A DNA stretch of 64,000 nt from Chitinophaga pinensis (GCA_943333125.1 CALQSB010000002.1:44295-108294); one strand, 5' to 3'; shown: positions 9,301 through 20,004, counted from the stretch's first letter. The notes: generated by a model from the letters alone, not told the origin. A program made the numbers and translations.

Positions 9301-10278
9301 ATGAAGCTTACCGACAAAATTTATATAGCCGGTCATAATGGCTTAGTGGGAAGTGCCATCTTTAGATTACTAAAGAAAAAGGGTTACACTAATATTATTA
9401 CAAGGTCTTCTGCTCAATTGGATCTCAGGGATCAAAAAACAGTAAATGACTTTTTTGAAGCCGAACAACCCGCATATGTATTTATGGCGGCAGCAAAAGT
9501 TGGTGGAATTATGGCCAATCAAACCTATCCTGCTGATTTTATTTATGATAATATTTCGATTCAAAACAATGTCATTCATTCATCATATAAATGGGGAGTA
9601 GAAAAATTGCTTTTTTTGGGAAGTAGTTGTATCTATCCAAAAAATGCGCCTCAACCTATCATTGAAGATTATCTCATGACAGGTTGTTTGGAGCCAACAA
9701 ACGAACCTTATGCGATTGCTAAAATTGCAGGTATTAATATGTGCCAATCTTATATGAGACAATATGGGTGCAATTTTATAAGTGTAATGCCCCCCAATTT
9801 ATTTGGGCCTGGAGATAATTATGATTTACAAAACGCTCATGTTTTACCCGCATTGTTAAGAAAGTTTCACGAAGCTAAAGTTAATAATTATGAATCAGTA
9901 GTTGTTTGGGGTACAGGAAAGCCAAGAAGAGAATTTCTGCACGTTGATGATGCGGCAATGGCTTGTTATTTTTTGATGCAGAAATATGAAAGTCCTGAAA
10001 TTATTAATATTGGAACAGGCCTTGATTATTCTATAAAAGAAATGGCCAACATTGTTAATAAAATCACTGGCTTCAATGGTCAAATCGTTTTTGATGAAAC
10101 CAAGCCCGATGGTACACCTCGCAAATTATTAAATGTAGACAAAATAAATAAACTGGGTTGGCAGGCAACTATAGATTTTGAAGCTGGATTGCAATCTACA
10201 TATACCAATTTTGAAGAAAATTATTTAAGCTATATAAACCAGAAAGGGAACAAAATTCTCCAGTATCTAAATGTGTAG
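9301..10278 (+). CDS. fcl: GDP-L-fucose synthase
   Basis: IYIAGHNGLVGSA, AAAKVGGIMAN, LGSSCIYPK, YAIAK, WGTGKPRREFLHVDD, KPDGTPRKLL. Confidence 0.96.
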   Translation: MKLTDKIYIAGHNGLVGSAIFRLLKKKGYTNIITRSSAQLDLRDQKTVNDFFEAEQPAYVFMAAAKVGGIMANQTYPADFIYDNISIQNNVIHSSYKWGVEKLLFLGSSCIYPKNAPQPIIEDYLMTGCLEPTNEPYAIAKIAGINMCQSYMRQYGCNFISVMPPNLFGPGDNYDLQNAHVLPALLRKFHEAKVNNYESVVVWGTGKPRREFLHVDDAAMACYFLMQKYESPEIINIGTGLDYSIKEMANIVNKITGFNGQIVFDETKPDGTPRKLLNVDKINKLGWQATIDFEAGLQSTYTNFEENYLSYINQKGNKILQYLNV

Positions 10279-12064
10279 GATTTCTGGTATTGTAAATTTC
10301 GTTATTTCGGCTGAGCAGAAATTGCTAATGGTTGAAAAAATGTGCGAAATCCAAAGAAATGGGGGACCAGATGATGGCGGTGTTTTTATTTCCAAAGATT
10401 CAAATGTTGTTTTAGGTAATAGGAGATTAGCTCTTGTTGACTTATCAGATGGTGGTCACCAGCCTATGCATTATAAGGAAAGATATACGATTACTTATAA
10501 TGGTGAGTTATATAACTTTCTTTCCCTAAAAAATGAATTAAAATCCCTGGGTCATTTTTTTATAAATCATACAGATACAGAAGTTATTCTAGCTGCTTTT
10601 GATGAGTGGAACACTTCCTCTTTTTCCAGACTTGAGGGCATGTTCGCCTTTTCACTTTATGATAATCTAGATAATCAAGTTTATTTGGTTAGAGATCAGG
10701 CAGGAATTAAACCCCTTTATTATTCAACAAAAAATGATTCGCTGACTTTTGCATCCGAGGTTCGCGCTTTTAACGCAGTCAATTTTTCCTGGACTAACAA
10801 TGAATACTGGCCTATTTTTTTGATGGCTTACGGTCATATCCCTGAACCTTACACCCACAAGAAAGAAATCATTAGTTTACACAAAGGATCCTTTTTAAAA
10901 TATAATATCGACGAAAGAAAATATCATGTTGAATCTTATCATCACTATAGTTTCAACATTCATCATTCTGTTGAGAATGATTTAAAAACTCAGATAAGAA
11001 AATCCATTGAAAATTCAGTTCGTAAACATTTAATTGCAGATGCTCAGGTTGGTGTTTTTCTGAGTGGGGGTATAGATTCGAGTATTCTGGCTTTAGCAGC
11101 TTCTGAGGTGCAAAATGAAAAATTGAATTGTCTTTCTCTCTATTTTAAGGAGTCGGGCTTTTCCGAAAAAAAATATCAGGACCTTGTTCTGCAAAAAGTT
11201 TCTGGTTCAAATCATCAATTTCTTCTGACTAAAGACATATTCACCAATTCATTTCCGGATGTGTTAAGTGACATGGATTTGCCCAGTTGTGATGGAATTA
11301 ATACCTGGTTTATTAGCAAACAAGCAAAAGAGTTAGGATTAAAAGCAGTATTATCTGGCATTGGAGCGGATGAATTATTTGGAGGTTATCCTTCATTCAA
11401 AAGAATGGGTTGGGCAGAACGCATCAGAAATATACCTGATGTTTTTTTGAATTCTTTCAGTAAATCAAAACAAAAAAAACTAAACAGAATATCTTATCTC
11501 ACATTGGATGGAATAAATGGGTTGTATCTTTTTCTAAGAGGTCAATTTACCATTTCAGAAATAGCAAAATATTTAAATGCCGAAGAAAGTCAGATTCGGA
11601 ATATTCTCAACGAAATGCCCGCATTGGGCAATATTGAACTGAAAGATAACCGAAACGTGGCAAGCTGGATGGAATTCAATATGTACATGCAAAATCAATT
11701 ATTAAGGGATGCAGATGTAATGAGCATGTCACAAAGTATTGAAATCAGAGTGCCTTTTCTGGATCATCAATTGGTTCAGCTTGTTATGGGCATAGATGCT
11801 AATATTAAATACTCAGGACAGAGACCCAAACAACTTTTAATCGATGCTTTTATAGATAAACTGCCTGAGCCCGTTTGGAATCGGCCTAAGATGGGGTTCA
11901 GTTTTCCATTTTCAGAATGGATGAAGAACAACGGTTTTATTAGTGATATCATGATGCAGGGCAATGACAAAAGCCAGGAGTATTATAAACGGTTCAACAA
12001 TGGAAACCTTCATTGGTCTCAGATGATGTCTTTGGCAATAATGAGGTATCGGAATCATGAGTAA
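10271..12064 (+). CDS. asnB: AsnB-like glutamine amidotransferase (polysaccharide uronamide-forming type), copy 1
   Basis: N-terminal Cys2 (MCRISG), RGPDD-like GGPDD, NGELYN, DTEV, LSGGIDSS, SGIGADELFGGY, E.RVPFLD. Confidence 0.92.
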   Translation: MCRISGIVNFVISAEQKLLMVEKMCEIQRNGGPDDGGVFISKDSNVVLGNRRLALVDLSDGGHQPMHYKERYTITYNGELYNFLSLKNELKSLGHFFINHTDTEVILAAFDEWNTSSFSRLEGMFAFSLYDNLDNQVYLVRDQAGIKPLYYSTKNDSLTFASEVRAFNAVNFSWTNNEYWPIFLMAYGHIPEPYTHKKEIISLHKGSFLKYNIDERKYHVESYHHYSFNIHHSVENDLKTQIRKSIENSVRKHLIADAQVGVFLSGGIDSSILALAASEVQNEKLNCLSLYFKESGFSEKKYQDLVLQKVSGSNHQFLLTKDIFTNSFPDVLSDMDLPSCDGINTWFISKQAKELGLKAVLSGIGADELFGGYPSFKRMGWAERIRNIPDVFLNSFSKSKQKKLNRISYLTLDGINGLYLFLRGQFTISEIAKYLNAEESQIRNILNEMPALGNIELKDNRNVASWMEFNMYMQNQLLRDADVMSMSQSIEIRVPFLDHQLVQLVMGIDANIKYSGQRPKQLLIDAFIDKLPEPVWNRPKMGFSFPFSEWMKNNGFISDIMMQGNDKSQEYYKRFNNGNLHWSQMMSLAIMRYRNHE

Positions 12065-13169
12065 CAAAATACTTTTTCTAACCTTGAGGGTTTTTTCTGC
12101 AACTGGAGGAATTGAAAAAGTTTGCAGAATTTTAGGCAAGGCATTTTATGAAATGTCATTTTTGGGAAGTTCGTGTTTTGAAGTAATTTCCTCGCATGAT
12201 AAAACTAAGGATGGATTCAATAACAAATATTTTCCGGATGAAAGGTTTACTGGACATGGCAATAGTAGATTGGGTTTTGTAAAACAAGCTTTTAAAAAAG
12301 GAATTCATTCTGATACAGTTATTCTAAGTCATATTAATTTGTTGCCTGTTGGCTGGTTGATAAAAAAAGTGTCTCCAAAAACAAGATTGATCTTGATGGC
12401 TCATGGTATTGAAATATGGTCAATGCCTCTTGGAATAAAAAAGAAATTGCTGAATGCATGCGACGAAATATTATGCGTAAGTCAATATACAAAAGATCAA
12501 ATAGCCAGCTTTCCTGAATTGAAAAAAGTAAAATTAACGGTATTGAATAATTGCCTGGATCCATACTTGAGTATTCATTCAAAACAAAAATATGAAAATT
12601 CAATTCGTGCTAAACTTGGCATCTTAAATACAGATAAGGTTGCTTTTACATTAACGAGAATGGATGCCTCAGAAAGATACAAAGGATATGACAGAGTTAT
12701 AGAAGCTATTGCTGCAATTAGAGAAGAAGTTCCAGAACTTAAATATGTAATTGGAGGCAGCTACGATTCTATTGAAAAAGAATATATACTTACTTTAGCA
12801 GACAAACTAAAAGTGAGCGGCAATATAATTTTAACCGGATATATTCCTGATGAAGCTTTGGAAGATTATTTTCAAATGTCAGATTTTTATGTAATGCCAA
12901 GCTATAATGAAGGATTCGGAATTGTTTTCATTGAAGCTATGTACTATGGGCTTCCTGTAATAGCCGGAAATAAAGATGGATCTGTAGATGCATTGTTGAA
13001 TGGGAAATTGGGGACACTAATTGATCCAATGAATATAAATGACTTGAAGCATGCAATTTTAGCAATTGTGAAAAATAAAGAAAATTATAAACCGGATAAA
13101 AAAATATTGATAGATAATTTCGGTTATGAAAATTATACACACAATTTAAAATCAATATTTTTAAATTGA
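12057..13169 (+). CDS. GT4-family glycosyltransferase
   Basis: YKGYDRVI, YVMPSYNEGFGIVFIEAM..G.PVIAG (EX7E motif). Confidence 0.92.
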   Translation: MSNKILFLTLRVFSATGGIEKVCRILGKAFYEMSFLGSSCFEVISSHDKTKDGFNNKYFPDERFTGHGNSRLGFVKQAFKKGIHSDTVILSHINLLPVGWLIKKVSPKTRLILMAHGIEIWSMPLGIKKKLLNACDEILCVSQYTKDQIASFPELKKVKLTVLNNCLDPYLSIHSKQKYENSIRAKLGILNTDKVAFTLTRMDASERYKGYDRVIEAIAAIREEVPELKYVIGGSYDSIEKEYILTLADKLKVSGNIILTGYIPDEALEDYFQMSDFYVMPSYNEGFGIVFIEAMYYGLPVIAGNKDGSVDALLNGKLGTLIDPMNINDLKHAILAIVKNKENYKPDKKILIDNFGYENYTHNLKSIFLN

Positions 13170-13178
13170 TAATCACAA

Positions 13179-14033
13179 ATGAGTAATTTAAGTAGTCACG
13201 AAAATATCGAAACACAAAATTGGGATCTGGTCCTAAAGCCTGGCAGAGCTGAAAAAAACTATTGGAAAGATATCTGGCGTTATCGCGAGTTATTTTACAT
13301 ATTAAGCTGGAGGGATATAAAAGTAAGATACAAGCAAACGGTATTGGGTGCTGCTTGGAGTATCATCAGGCCTTTATTGACTACTGTAATATTTACGGTT
13401 GTGTTTAGTAAAATTGCCAAGCTGAATAATCCTGGCAATGCGCCATACGCATTGATGGTTTTTGCAGGAATGTTGCCTTGGCAGTTTTTTAGTAATGCAC
13501 TAAGTGAGTCAAGCAATAGTTTAATAGGTAATTCAAATCTGATTACAAAGGTTTATTTCCCTAGGATGATTATACCAGCAAGCTCGGTTATTACAAGCCT
13601 GGTTGATTTCGCTATTTCATTTTTGATATTAATAGCAATGATGTTCTGGTATCATTATGTTCCTTCATGGCATATTGTTTTTTTGCCAATATTCATTTTA
13701 ATTGCATTTTTTTGTGCTTTTGGTGTCGGATTATATCTTACTGCTGTTAATGTAAAATATCGTGATTTCAGATATATCATTCCTTTTATCATTCAGTTTG
13801 GATTGTATATAACACCGGTTGGATTCAGTAGTTCAATAATCAGTGAAAAATGGAAATTATTGTATTCAATAAATCCTATGGTTGGTGTTATAGACGGATT
13901 TAGGTGGTGCATATTAGGCGATCCAATGAAATTCAGTTCATTTTTAATTTCAATGGCCATTACTCTTTTATTCCTGCTATTGGGGATATTTTATTTCAGA
14001 AGAATGGAAAAAACATTTGCAGATAATATATAA
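13179..14033 (+). CDS. wzm: ABC-2 polysaccharide exporter permease (Wzm)
   Basis: RDIKVRYKQTVLGAAW, LITKVYFPR, NV.YRD, NPMVGVIDGFRW. Confidence 0.96.
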   Translation: MSNLSSHENIETQNWDLVLKPGRAEKNYWKDIWRYRELFYILSWRDIKVRYKQTVLGAAWSIIRPLLTTVIFTVVFSKIAKLNNPGNAPYALMVFAGMLPWQFFSNALSESSNSLIGNSNLITKVYFPRMIIPASSVITSLVDFAISFLILIAMMFWYHYVPSWHIVFLPIFILIAFFCAFGVGLYLTAVNVKYRDFRYIIPFIIQFGLYITPVGFSSSIISEKWKLLYSINPMVGVIDGFRWCILGDPMKFSSFLISMAITLLFLLLGIFYFRRMEKTFADNI

Positions 14034-14043
14034 ATAGTATTCT

Positions 14044-15288
14044 GTGTCAAAAATTATAGAAGTCAGAGGTCTTTCTAAATCCTACATAATAAATCATGAG
14101 GGCAAAGAACAGTATACGGCACTTAGAGATGTAATAGCTAGAAAAGCAAAAAAGATATTTTCTTTCCCAGGATGGAAACCTTCATCTTCAATTACAAAAG
14201 AAGAATTTTGGGCATTAAAGGATATTGATTTTGATATTGAACAAGGGGATCGTGTGGGTATTATCGGTCGTAATGGTGCTGGTAAAAGCACCTTGTTGAA
14301 AATATTGTCAAGAATTACCGATCCCACTACTGGGACCATCAGCATAAAAGGCAGAATTGCTTCATTGCTTGAAGTTGGAACAGGCTTTCACCCTGAACTA
14401 ACTGGGCGTGAAAATGTTTTTTTGAATGGAGCCATTTTAGGGATGAGTCGTTCAGAAATAAAAAAACAGTTTGATGCTATTGTTGATTTTGCGGAAGTAG
14501 AAAGATTTCTGGATACTCCGGTAAAAAGATACAGTAGTGGTATGTACGTTCGTTTAGCCTTTGCAGTTGCAGCACATTTGGAACCGGAGATATTAATTGT
14601 TGATGAGGTGCTTGCAGTTGGAGATGCTCAGTTTCAAAAGAAATGTTTAGGCAAGATGGAAGATGTGAGTAAGAACGAGGGGAGAACGGTATTATTTGTG
14701 AGTCATAATATCACTGCATTAAAATCTATTTGTACAAGTTGTATAATACTACAGAAAGGAGAAAAAAAGTTTCAGGGTAATGTAAATGAATCCCTTGAGA
14801 AATATCTTAATTTTGATAATGAATTATCTAGTGCAAGTAGGAAGTATATAAGAGAAGAAACGCCATCTAAAAACGTATTTTTAAAAGAAGCGGAATTGAT
14901 CGATGTCACTCATGAGGAATATTTTTTTATTAATCTGAGATTAAAAATTTATTCAAGCGATTCGACAAGGCTAAGTGTTAATCTCAGACTTAAAGATGAA
15001 CTAGGATTTCCTGCGGCATATGGGTGCTCTCATATTTTCAAGCCTGAATTACATTCTATGCAGCCAGGAGAGAACATAGTGCATCTTAAAACTGAAAAAT
15101 TAAATCTAGCGGTGGGGAAATTTAGATTAGGGATTGAAATGGTATTACCCGGCATTGAAAGTTTGGACTTTGTAGATGATTGTATTCAATTTGAAGTTTC
15201 AAATGATACTACTGCAACTTATAAATTTGGAGTGATGCAAAGCTGGGGATTCAGTGCAACAGAAATAAAATTTAAAGAAATAATTTAA
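14044..15288 (+). CDS. wzt: ABC exporter ATPase (Wzt) with C-terminal carbohydrate-binding-type extension
   Basis: GTG start; GRNGAGKST, GFHPELTGREN, YSSGMYVRLAF, DEVLAVGD; about 160-aa C-terminal Wzt_C-like region. Confidence 0.95.
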   Translation: MSKIIEVRGLSKSYIINHEGKEQYTALRDVIARKAKKIFSFPGWKPSSSITKEEFWALKDIDFDIEQGDRVGIIGRNGAGKSTLLKILSRITDPTTGTISIKGRIASLLEVGTGFHPELTGRENVFLNGAILGMSRSEIKKQFDAIVDFAEVERFLDTPVKRYSSGMYVRLAFAVAAHLEPEILIVDEVLAVGDAQFQKKCLGKMEDVSKNEGRTVLFVSHNITALKSICTSCIILQKGEKKFQGNVNESLEKYLNFDNELSSASRKYIREETPSKNVFLKEAELIDVTHEEYFFINLRLKIYSSDSTRLSVNLRLKDELGFPAAYGCSHIFKPELHSMQPGENIVHLKTEKLNLAVGKFRLGIEMVLPGIESLDFVDDCIQFEVSNDTTATYKFGVMQSWGFSATEIKFKEII

Positions 15289-15291
15289 ATA

Positions 15292-15891
15292 ATGAAGTTA
15301 TATTATAAAATAAAAAGAAAGATTTTTTCTTATTTCATTAAGAATAAAGAATCTGTTGAGTATAGTTTTAAAAGAAGTGAAATTGATAGAATCGCTTCAA
15401 TTTATGGGACTCAAATATTTGTTGAAACGGGAACATTTCTTGGAGATACCGTGGATTATTTTAAAGACAAATTTAAACAAGTGATTTCTATAGAACTTTC
15501 TGAGGAACTGGCATTAAAAGCAAAAAATAGATTTATTAATCAACCCAATGTTCGTATCATTTCAGGGGATAGTGGAACTTTGCTTAAAGAACTTATTAAT
15601 ACTTTCAATACACCAGCAATCTTCTGGTTAGATGGTCATTATTCATCCGAATTTATGATAGGAGATGAATTTATTAGAACTGCAAAGGGGGAAACCAATA
15701 CGCCTGTTGAAAATGAATTAACAACTATTTTGAAAAGCCAGGGCAATCATATTGTTATGATTGATGATGCCAGGTTGTTTACTGGTTTAGATGATTATCC
15801 ATCAATTGGTATGATAAAAAGATTAGTGAGAAAGCATGGTAATGGATATCAAGTAAAAGTTGAAAATGACATCATTTATATTTTAAAATAA
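15292..15891 (+). CDS. Putative SAM-dependent methyltransferase (ETGT...FWLDGH family), copy 1
   Basis: FVETGTFLGDT, ISIELS, GDS, FWLDGHYS, IDDAR; Rossmann methyltransferase-like. Confidence 0.7.
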   Translation: MKLYYKIKRKIFSYFIKNKESVEYSFKRSEIDRIASIYGTQIFVETGTFLGDTVDYFKDKFKQVISIELSEELALKAKNRFINQPNVRIISGDSGTLLKELINTFNTPAIFWLDGHYSSEFMIGDEFIRTAKGETNTPVENELTTILKSQGNHIVMIDDARLFTGLDDYPSIGMIKRLVRKHGNGYQVKVENDIIYILK

Positions 15892-15904
15892 TTGTCCCAA
15901 ACTG

Positions 15905-16624
15905 ATGAATTTACTAAAAAAGGTTTTTCTTAAACTCAATTCCGAATTTCGCTTTCTAACACAGCAGAAATGGGGGTTAATAAAACCTGACGACAGATTT
16001 GTAATAAGTAAATCAGTATTGAAAAAAATATTGCCAGCTGATCCTATTATTATTGATTGTGGAGCTCATGTAGGCGCAGATTCGGTTGAATTGGCAAGAG
16101 TATTTCCGAAAGGAAGAATACATTCTTTTGAACCCGTTCCTGATATTTACAAATCTTTATTTTCAAACACTAAAAAATTCGGTAATATTTCAACATATCC
16201 TGTTGCTCTGGGAACCATCAATGGAGATTCAGAAATGTTTGTAAGCAGTGGAAGTTCTGATGCAAGCAGTTCGCTTCTTGAGCCAACAGGCCATAAAGAT
16301 TCTCATCCTGATGTTTACTTTAATGATAAAATTACAGTTGAAGTTAAAACACTAAAAGAATGGACTTCTATTTATAAAATAGATCACATTGATTTTATGT
16401 GGTTGGATATGCAGGGATTTGAATTACAAATGTTGAAAGCTTCTGAAGAAATACTTGCAAAAGTTAAATGTATTCATACCGAAGTAAGCTTAAAAGAAAC
16501 CTATCATAATGCTGTTCATTATTCAGAGTATAGAAAATGGCTTGAGCAAAAAGGGTTTAGAGTGTTAATTGAAGCATGGCCCTTAGGCGCCGATATGGGC
16601 AATGTGCTTTTTGTAAGAAAATAG
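15905..16624 (+). CDS. FkbM-family methyltransferase
   Basis: IIDCGAHVG, HSFEP, IDFMWLDMQGFELQML. Confidence 0.9.
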   Translation: MNLLKKVFLKLNSEFRFLTQQKWGLIKPDDRFVISKSVLKKILPADPIIIDCGAHVGADSVELARVFPKGRIHSFEPVPDIYKSLFSNTKKFGNISTYPVALGTINGDSEMFVSSGSSDASSSLLEPTGHKDSHPDVYFNDKITVEVKTLKEWTSIYKIDHIDFMWLDMQGFELQMLKASEEILAKVKCIHTEVSLKETYHNAVHYSEYRKWLEQKGFRVLIEAWPLGADMGNVLFVRK

Positions 16625-16625
16625 T

Positions 16626-17573
16626 ATGAAGGAACTAAAAATAGATTTTTCTGATTTTTGGCCTGGATTTATAAAGGATAATAATTATTTTTTCAATTTA
16701 TTGTCTTTAAAGTATAATGTAACTATTGACAATAATCCTGACGTTTTGTTTTTTTCCAGCTATGGTGATTCCTACCTTAATTATAAATGTTCAAGAATTT
16801 TTTATTCGGCTGAAAATGAAAGAGCTGATTTTTCAGCTTGTGATCTTGCGCTGACGTTTGATCATGTTTATAATAATCGCCATTTTCGACTGCCGCTTTA
16901 TGTTTTACATATCGACAGAGCCAACAATTTGTCTGAGTTAACATCAGAATTATCTAAAGAGAAAGCCCTTGAGGTATGGAATTCCAAAAAGAAATTTTGT
17001 TGCATGGTTGTTTCTAATGGTAATGCTAAAGAGCGCATTCATTTCTTTAATGATATTTCTTCATTTCGTCAAGTAGACTCTGGTGGTAGGTTTATGAATA
17101 ATGTGGGAGGACCTGTAAAAGACAAACTCGAATTTATCAAAGATTATAAGTTTGTAATATCGTATGAAAATTCGGTCTATTCAGGGTATACTACTGAAAA
17201 AATATTGGAACCTTATTTTGTGAACAGTATTCCTATTTATTGGGGCAATCCCGAAATTAATAAGGATTTCAATCCATCAACTTTTATAAATGCCTCCCAG
17301 TTTAATACTAATGCAGAAGTGCTTGATTTGATGACTCAAATTGAGAATGATTGCGAACTAGCTATTAGTTATCTCTGTCCTCCAAAAATTGAAGATGTTT
17401 CTGAAAAGAATTATTTTCAGAAGGATAAGGTATTAAGTTTCATTGAAAAGGGGATTGGACTAAAACACCCGGTTGCATCATCTGTCTTCCTTTCATTTAA
17501 GCACCAAGCTAAAAGAAAATGTAGGAGTATTGAATTTTATTTTATTAAATATACAGTTGGTCATTTCAGATAA
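16626..17573 (+). CDS. GT10-like (alpha-1,3/4-fucosyltransferase-like) glycosyltransferase
   Basis: KKFCCMVVSN, VDSGGRFMNNVGG, YKFVISYENS..GYTTEKI, IPIYWG (GT10 signature). Confidence 0.88.
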   Translation: MKELKIDFSDFWPGFIKDNNYFFNLLSLKYNVTIDNNPDVLFFSSYGDSYLNYKCSRIFYSAENERADFSACDLALTFDHVYNNRHFRLPLYVLHIDRANNLSELTSELSKEKALEVWNSKKKFCCMVVSNGNAKERIHFFNDISSFRQVDSGGRFMNNVGGPVKDKLEFIKDYKFVISYENSVYSGYTTEKILEPYFVNSIPIYWGNPEINKDFNPSTFINASQFNTNAEVLDLMTQIENDCELAISYLCPPKIEDVSEKNYFQKDKVLSFIEKGIGLKHPVASSVFLSFKHQAKRKCRSIEFYFIKYTVGHFR

Positions 17574-17619
17574 CTATCAATTTTAATTGATAAGAATTTG
17601 CATTTCAAAAAAACACAAA

Positions 17620-18219
17620 ATGATTAAAAAGATTATTTTAAAATTGTTTCCTTTTTTGAGAAGTAAATCCTCTGTTGAAAAATATACTGAAAATGGCAAT
17701 TTGATTTTTGGAGCAAATTCGGAAATAAAAGGACTGAGTATTTTTATTCAAAATCCAATTTCAAATAAGGTTAATATTAGAATTGGTGATAATTGTATGT
17801 TAAGTGGCTCCATTTTAATTTATAATAACAATGCCGAAATTATTATTGGCAATGGAGTTTTTATTGGAACTGAGTCTAAATTGTTTTGTTATAGTGGGAT
17901 AGAAATCGGAGATGATACTATGGTGTCATGGGGTGTTACACTAATTGATACCAATGCTCATTCTGTTCATTCGGAAGATAGAAAAAAGGATGTTTCAGAT
18001 TGGAAAAAAGGACCATCAAATAAAGATTGGTCAAAAGTAAAGCATGCAAAAATAAAAGTTGAAGAAAAAAGCTGGATTGGATTCAATTCAATAATAACAA
18101 AAGGAGTTGTACTTAAAGAAGGCACTATTGTTGGATGTGGGAGCGTGGTTACGGAATCTACTGAGCCGTTTGGGGTGTATGCAGGCAACCCTGCAATTTT
18201 TATAAAAAAATCAGACTGA
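17620..18219 (+). CDS. Left-handed beta-helix acyl/acetyltransferase
   Basis: Hexapeptide repeats (IGDNCML, IGNGVFIG, SWIGFNSII..GV..GTIVGCGSVV), AGNPA. ATG 17620 preferred over TTG 17587. Confidence 0.9.
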   Translation: MIKKIILKLFPFLRSKSSVEKYTENGNLIFGANSEIKGLSIFIQNPISNKVNIRIGDNCMLSGSILIYNNNAEIIIGNGVFIGTESKLFCYSGIEIGDDTMVSWGVTLIDTNAHSVHSEDRKKDVSDWKKGPSNKDWSKVKHAKIKVEEKSWIGFNSIITKGVVLKEGTIVGCGSVVTESTEPFGVYAGNPAIFIKKSD

Positions 18220-18232
18220 AAATTAGTTTATT

Positions 18233-19012
18233 ATGGGATTCATAAACAGGCAGTTTAGTAGAGTAAAATGGATAATGAATAATTATAGATTTCTTGGTGG
18301 CAATTCCAAATTGTTGTCAGGTCATTTTTTAGGGCCTATTACTTATGATACCGATTCATTATGTACAAGTAATAATTGTGATTTTATTAATGAATCTAAA
18401 TTTAATCAGGCTTATTTAAAAGCAGCAGCAACTAATCCTTGGAGTGGATTTACCTTGCAATGGAGGGTTTATGTGGTTTGCTGGTTTGCAAATCATGTAA
18501 AACATCTTGAAGGAGATTTTGTGGAATGCGGAGTAAATACCGGGGCTTATTCAAGAGCAGTGATTGATTATATCGATTTTCAAAAATTAGACAAGAAGTT
18601 TTATTTGCTTGATACGTTTTCTGGTTTGGTTGCTGATCAAATTACAGAAAGTGAAAGAAAAAATGGGATAGACAGTTACTTAGGAAAATATCAGGATGTT
18701 TATCAGGATGTAATTGAAACGTTTAAAAATTTTAATGTAAAAGTGATTAAGGGAATGGTGCCAGATACCTTAGATCAATGTGATACTTCAAAACTGGCTT
18801 ATCTTTCAATTGATATGAACTGTGTTGAGCCTGAAATAAAAGCGATGGAATATTTCTGGGATAAAGTAGTGTCTGGCGGTGTAATAATTTTAGATGATTA
18901 TGGTTTTTATAAACATATAGATCAGAAACTTGCTTTTGATGCTTTCGCAAAAGAGAAGAAAGTTGAAATTCTATGTTTGCCTACTGGTCAGGGAATTATT
19001 CTAAAACCATAA
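18233..19012 (+). CDS. TylF/MycF/NovP-family sugar O-methyltransferase
   Basis: GDFVECGV, LDTFSG, KG.VPDTL, LSIDMN, GG.IILDDYG. Confidence 0.9.
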   Translation: MGFINRQFSRVKWIMNNYRFLGGNSKLLSGHFLGPITYDTDSLCTSNNCDFINESKFNQAYLKAAATNPWSGFTLQWRVYVVCWFANHVKHLEGDFVECGVNTGAYSRAVIDYIDFQKLDKKFYLLDTFSGLVADQITESERKNGIDSYLGKYQDVYQDVIETFKNFNVKVIKGMVPDTLDQCDTSKLAYLSIDMNCVEPEIKAMEYFWDKVVSGGVIILDDYGFYKHIDQKLAFDAFAKEKKVEILCLPTGQGIILKP

Positions 19013-19101
19013 ATTAAATTATGTCTATTGCAATGGTTCTATCCTAAATGTAATTTAAAGGCAATACCCATTAGCAAAACTTTGCTAACTAATATAAGCG
19101 A

Positions 19102-20001
19102 ATGAAAATATTGATTTTAGGTTCTCAGGGATTTATTGGAAGTCATTTGGTTAATTATTACCACTCCATTGATTTTATGGTATGGGGTTGTGATCTTTCT
19201 TTAAATCCTCATCAAAATAATTACTATCAAATAAAAAAGGAAGGCCCTCAATGGAATGAAATATTTACTGATCAGCAATTCGATTATTGTATCAACGCTG
19301 CAGGTAGTGGCAATATTAATAATTCTGTACTAGCTCCTGTTCCTGATTTCTCCTCTAATACTTTTGATACCATACAAATTCTCGAGGCCATCAGAACCAG
19401 TAACAAACAATGTAAATACATCCATATTTCCAGTGCTGCAGTTTATGGTAATCCTTTAAGTCTTCCAATAACTGAGTCTTCCGATTGTAATCCCATTTCT
19501 CCTTATGGATGGCATAAATTAATGTCTGAATTCTTATGTAAAGAATATCATCAGATTTATGGATTGTCTGTTGCAATTGTAAGGCCATTTTCCGTATATG
19601 GGCCTGGTTTGAAAAAACAATTGCTTTGGGATATTTATCAAAAAACTTTATTAAGTGATGAAATGCTAGAGTTGTCTGGTACAGGTAACGAGGCGAGAGA
19701 TTTTATTTATATAGATGATTTGCTGCAGGCAATTGATACGATTTTGAAACATGCACCAATGAAAGCAGAACTCTACAATATTGCCAGCGGAGAAATGACA
19801 ACAATTGGTGATATCGCAAAATTGCTTCTTTTCAAAATTAACTATACCGGAACATTAATTTTTAATGGTAAACAAAGGGTAGGGAATCCTGAAAAATGGA
19901 AGGCAGATATTACAAGAATAAAAGAGCTAGGATTTAAATCTGGGGTTACTCTTGAAAATGGAATCAACAAATTGGCAGATTGGCTTCAACAAAAAGTATA
20001 A
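19102..20001 (+). CDS. NAD-dependent nucleotide-sugar epimerase/dehydratase
   Basis: LGSQGFIG, SSAAVYG, YGWHK (YxxxK), RPFSVYGPG, RDFIYIDD. Confidence 0.92.
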   Translation: MKILILGSQGFIGSHLVNYYHSIDFMVWGCDLSLNPHQNNYYQIKKEGPQWNEIFTDQQFDYCINAAGSGNINNSVLAPVPDFSSNTFDTIQILEAIRTSNKQCKYIHISSAAVYGNPLSLPITESSDCNPISPYGWHKLMSEFLCKEYHQIYGLSVAIVRPFSVYGPGLKKQLLWDIYQKTLLSDEMLELSGTGNEARDFIYIDDLLQAIDTILKHAPMKAELYNIASGEMTTIGDIAKLLLFKINYTGTLIFNGKQRVGNPEKWKADITRIKELGFKSGVTLENGINKLADWLQQKV

Positions 20002-20004
20002 TAA

